Shown piece after piece: positions 63,671 to 64,000 of a DNA stretch of 64,000 bases. Under the pieces are notes generated by a model. The model made no database searches. It had not been told where the DNA came from and saw nothing but the letters and a program-made list of their open reading frames with translations. Location of the stretch: NCBI RefSeq assembly GCF_001194135.2, contig NC_068983.1, positions 52,784,082 through 52,848,081 on the forward strand. The letters run 5' to 3'. The position numbers were made by a program, and so were the translations under genes. Numbering within the stretch: position 1 is the first letter of the stretch; each line of letters starts with the position of its first letter. Source of the stretch: Octopus bimaculoides (taxonomy: Eukaryota).

Positions 63671-63830
63671 CAGGCTTCTTTCAGTTTCCATCTACCAAAT
63701 CCACTCACAAGGCTTTGCTCGGCCCTAGGTTATAGTAGAAGACACTTGCCCAAAGTGCCACACAGTGGAACTGAACATGGGGGCCATGTGGTTGGTAAGC
63801 AAGCTACTTACCACACACCCACACTTGCAC
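63513..63830 (-). mobile_element. SINE family A
   Basis: Head, core and partial tail on the reverse strand. Confidence 0.85.
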
Positions 63831-64000
63831 CTATGATAAAAAGTTTTATTCATTTGTAAGAATCAAATGCTGTGGTCAATACTGGAACTCTTTCAGTTAT
63901 GATACCTAGGGTTCCATTTGATCCAATCAACCGGGTAACCTGCTCATGAAACTAATGTGCATGTGGCTGAGTACTCCTACTCCAGATACATATACCCTTA

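Overview
AT-rich, repeat-saturated eukaryotic scaffold with many N gaps. The repeat families suggest a coleoid cephalopod, probably Octopus; this is inferred from recognising the families, not from a database search. I find no host protein-coding gene, rRNA, intact tRNA or CRISPR array that I can support. Nearly all long ORFs in the track are microsatellite or N-gap artefacts. The only convincing protein sequence is retroelement-derived: C-terminal zinc-knuckle and restriction-like endonuclease (REL) fragments of three R4/Dong-like non-LTR families, an RTE 3' remnant and a mariner C-terminus. The rest is several tRNA-derived SINE families, TTAA- and TA-flanked MITEs, a Helentron-type HINE and a probable solo LTR. 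The most interesting observations are: (1) a small multi-copy element joining a tRNA-like Pol III head, an (AAT)n spacer and a Penelope-type terminus with a minimal hammerhead-ribozyme motif, often in inverted or fold-back arrangements; (2) a ~570-bp non-coding element plus R4/Dong fragments that sit in (AAT)n tracts, including that element's spacer; (3) an RTE-related element with tandem units that can each fold into an H-type pseudoknot. Boundaries of degenerate repeats are approximate.
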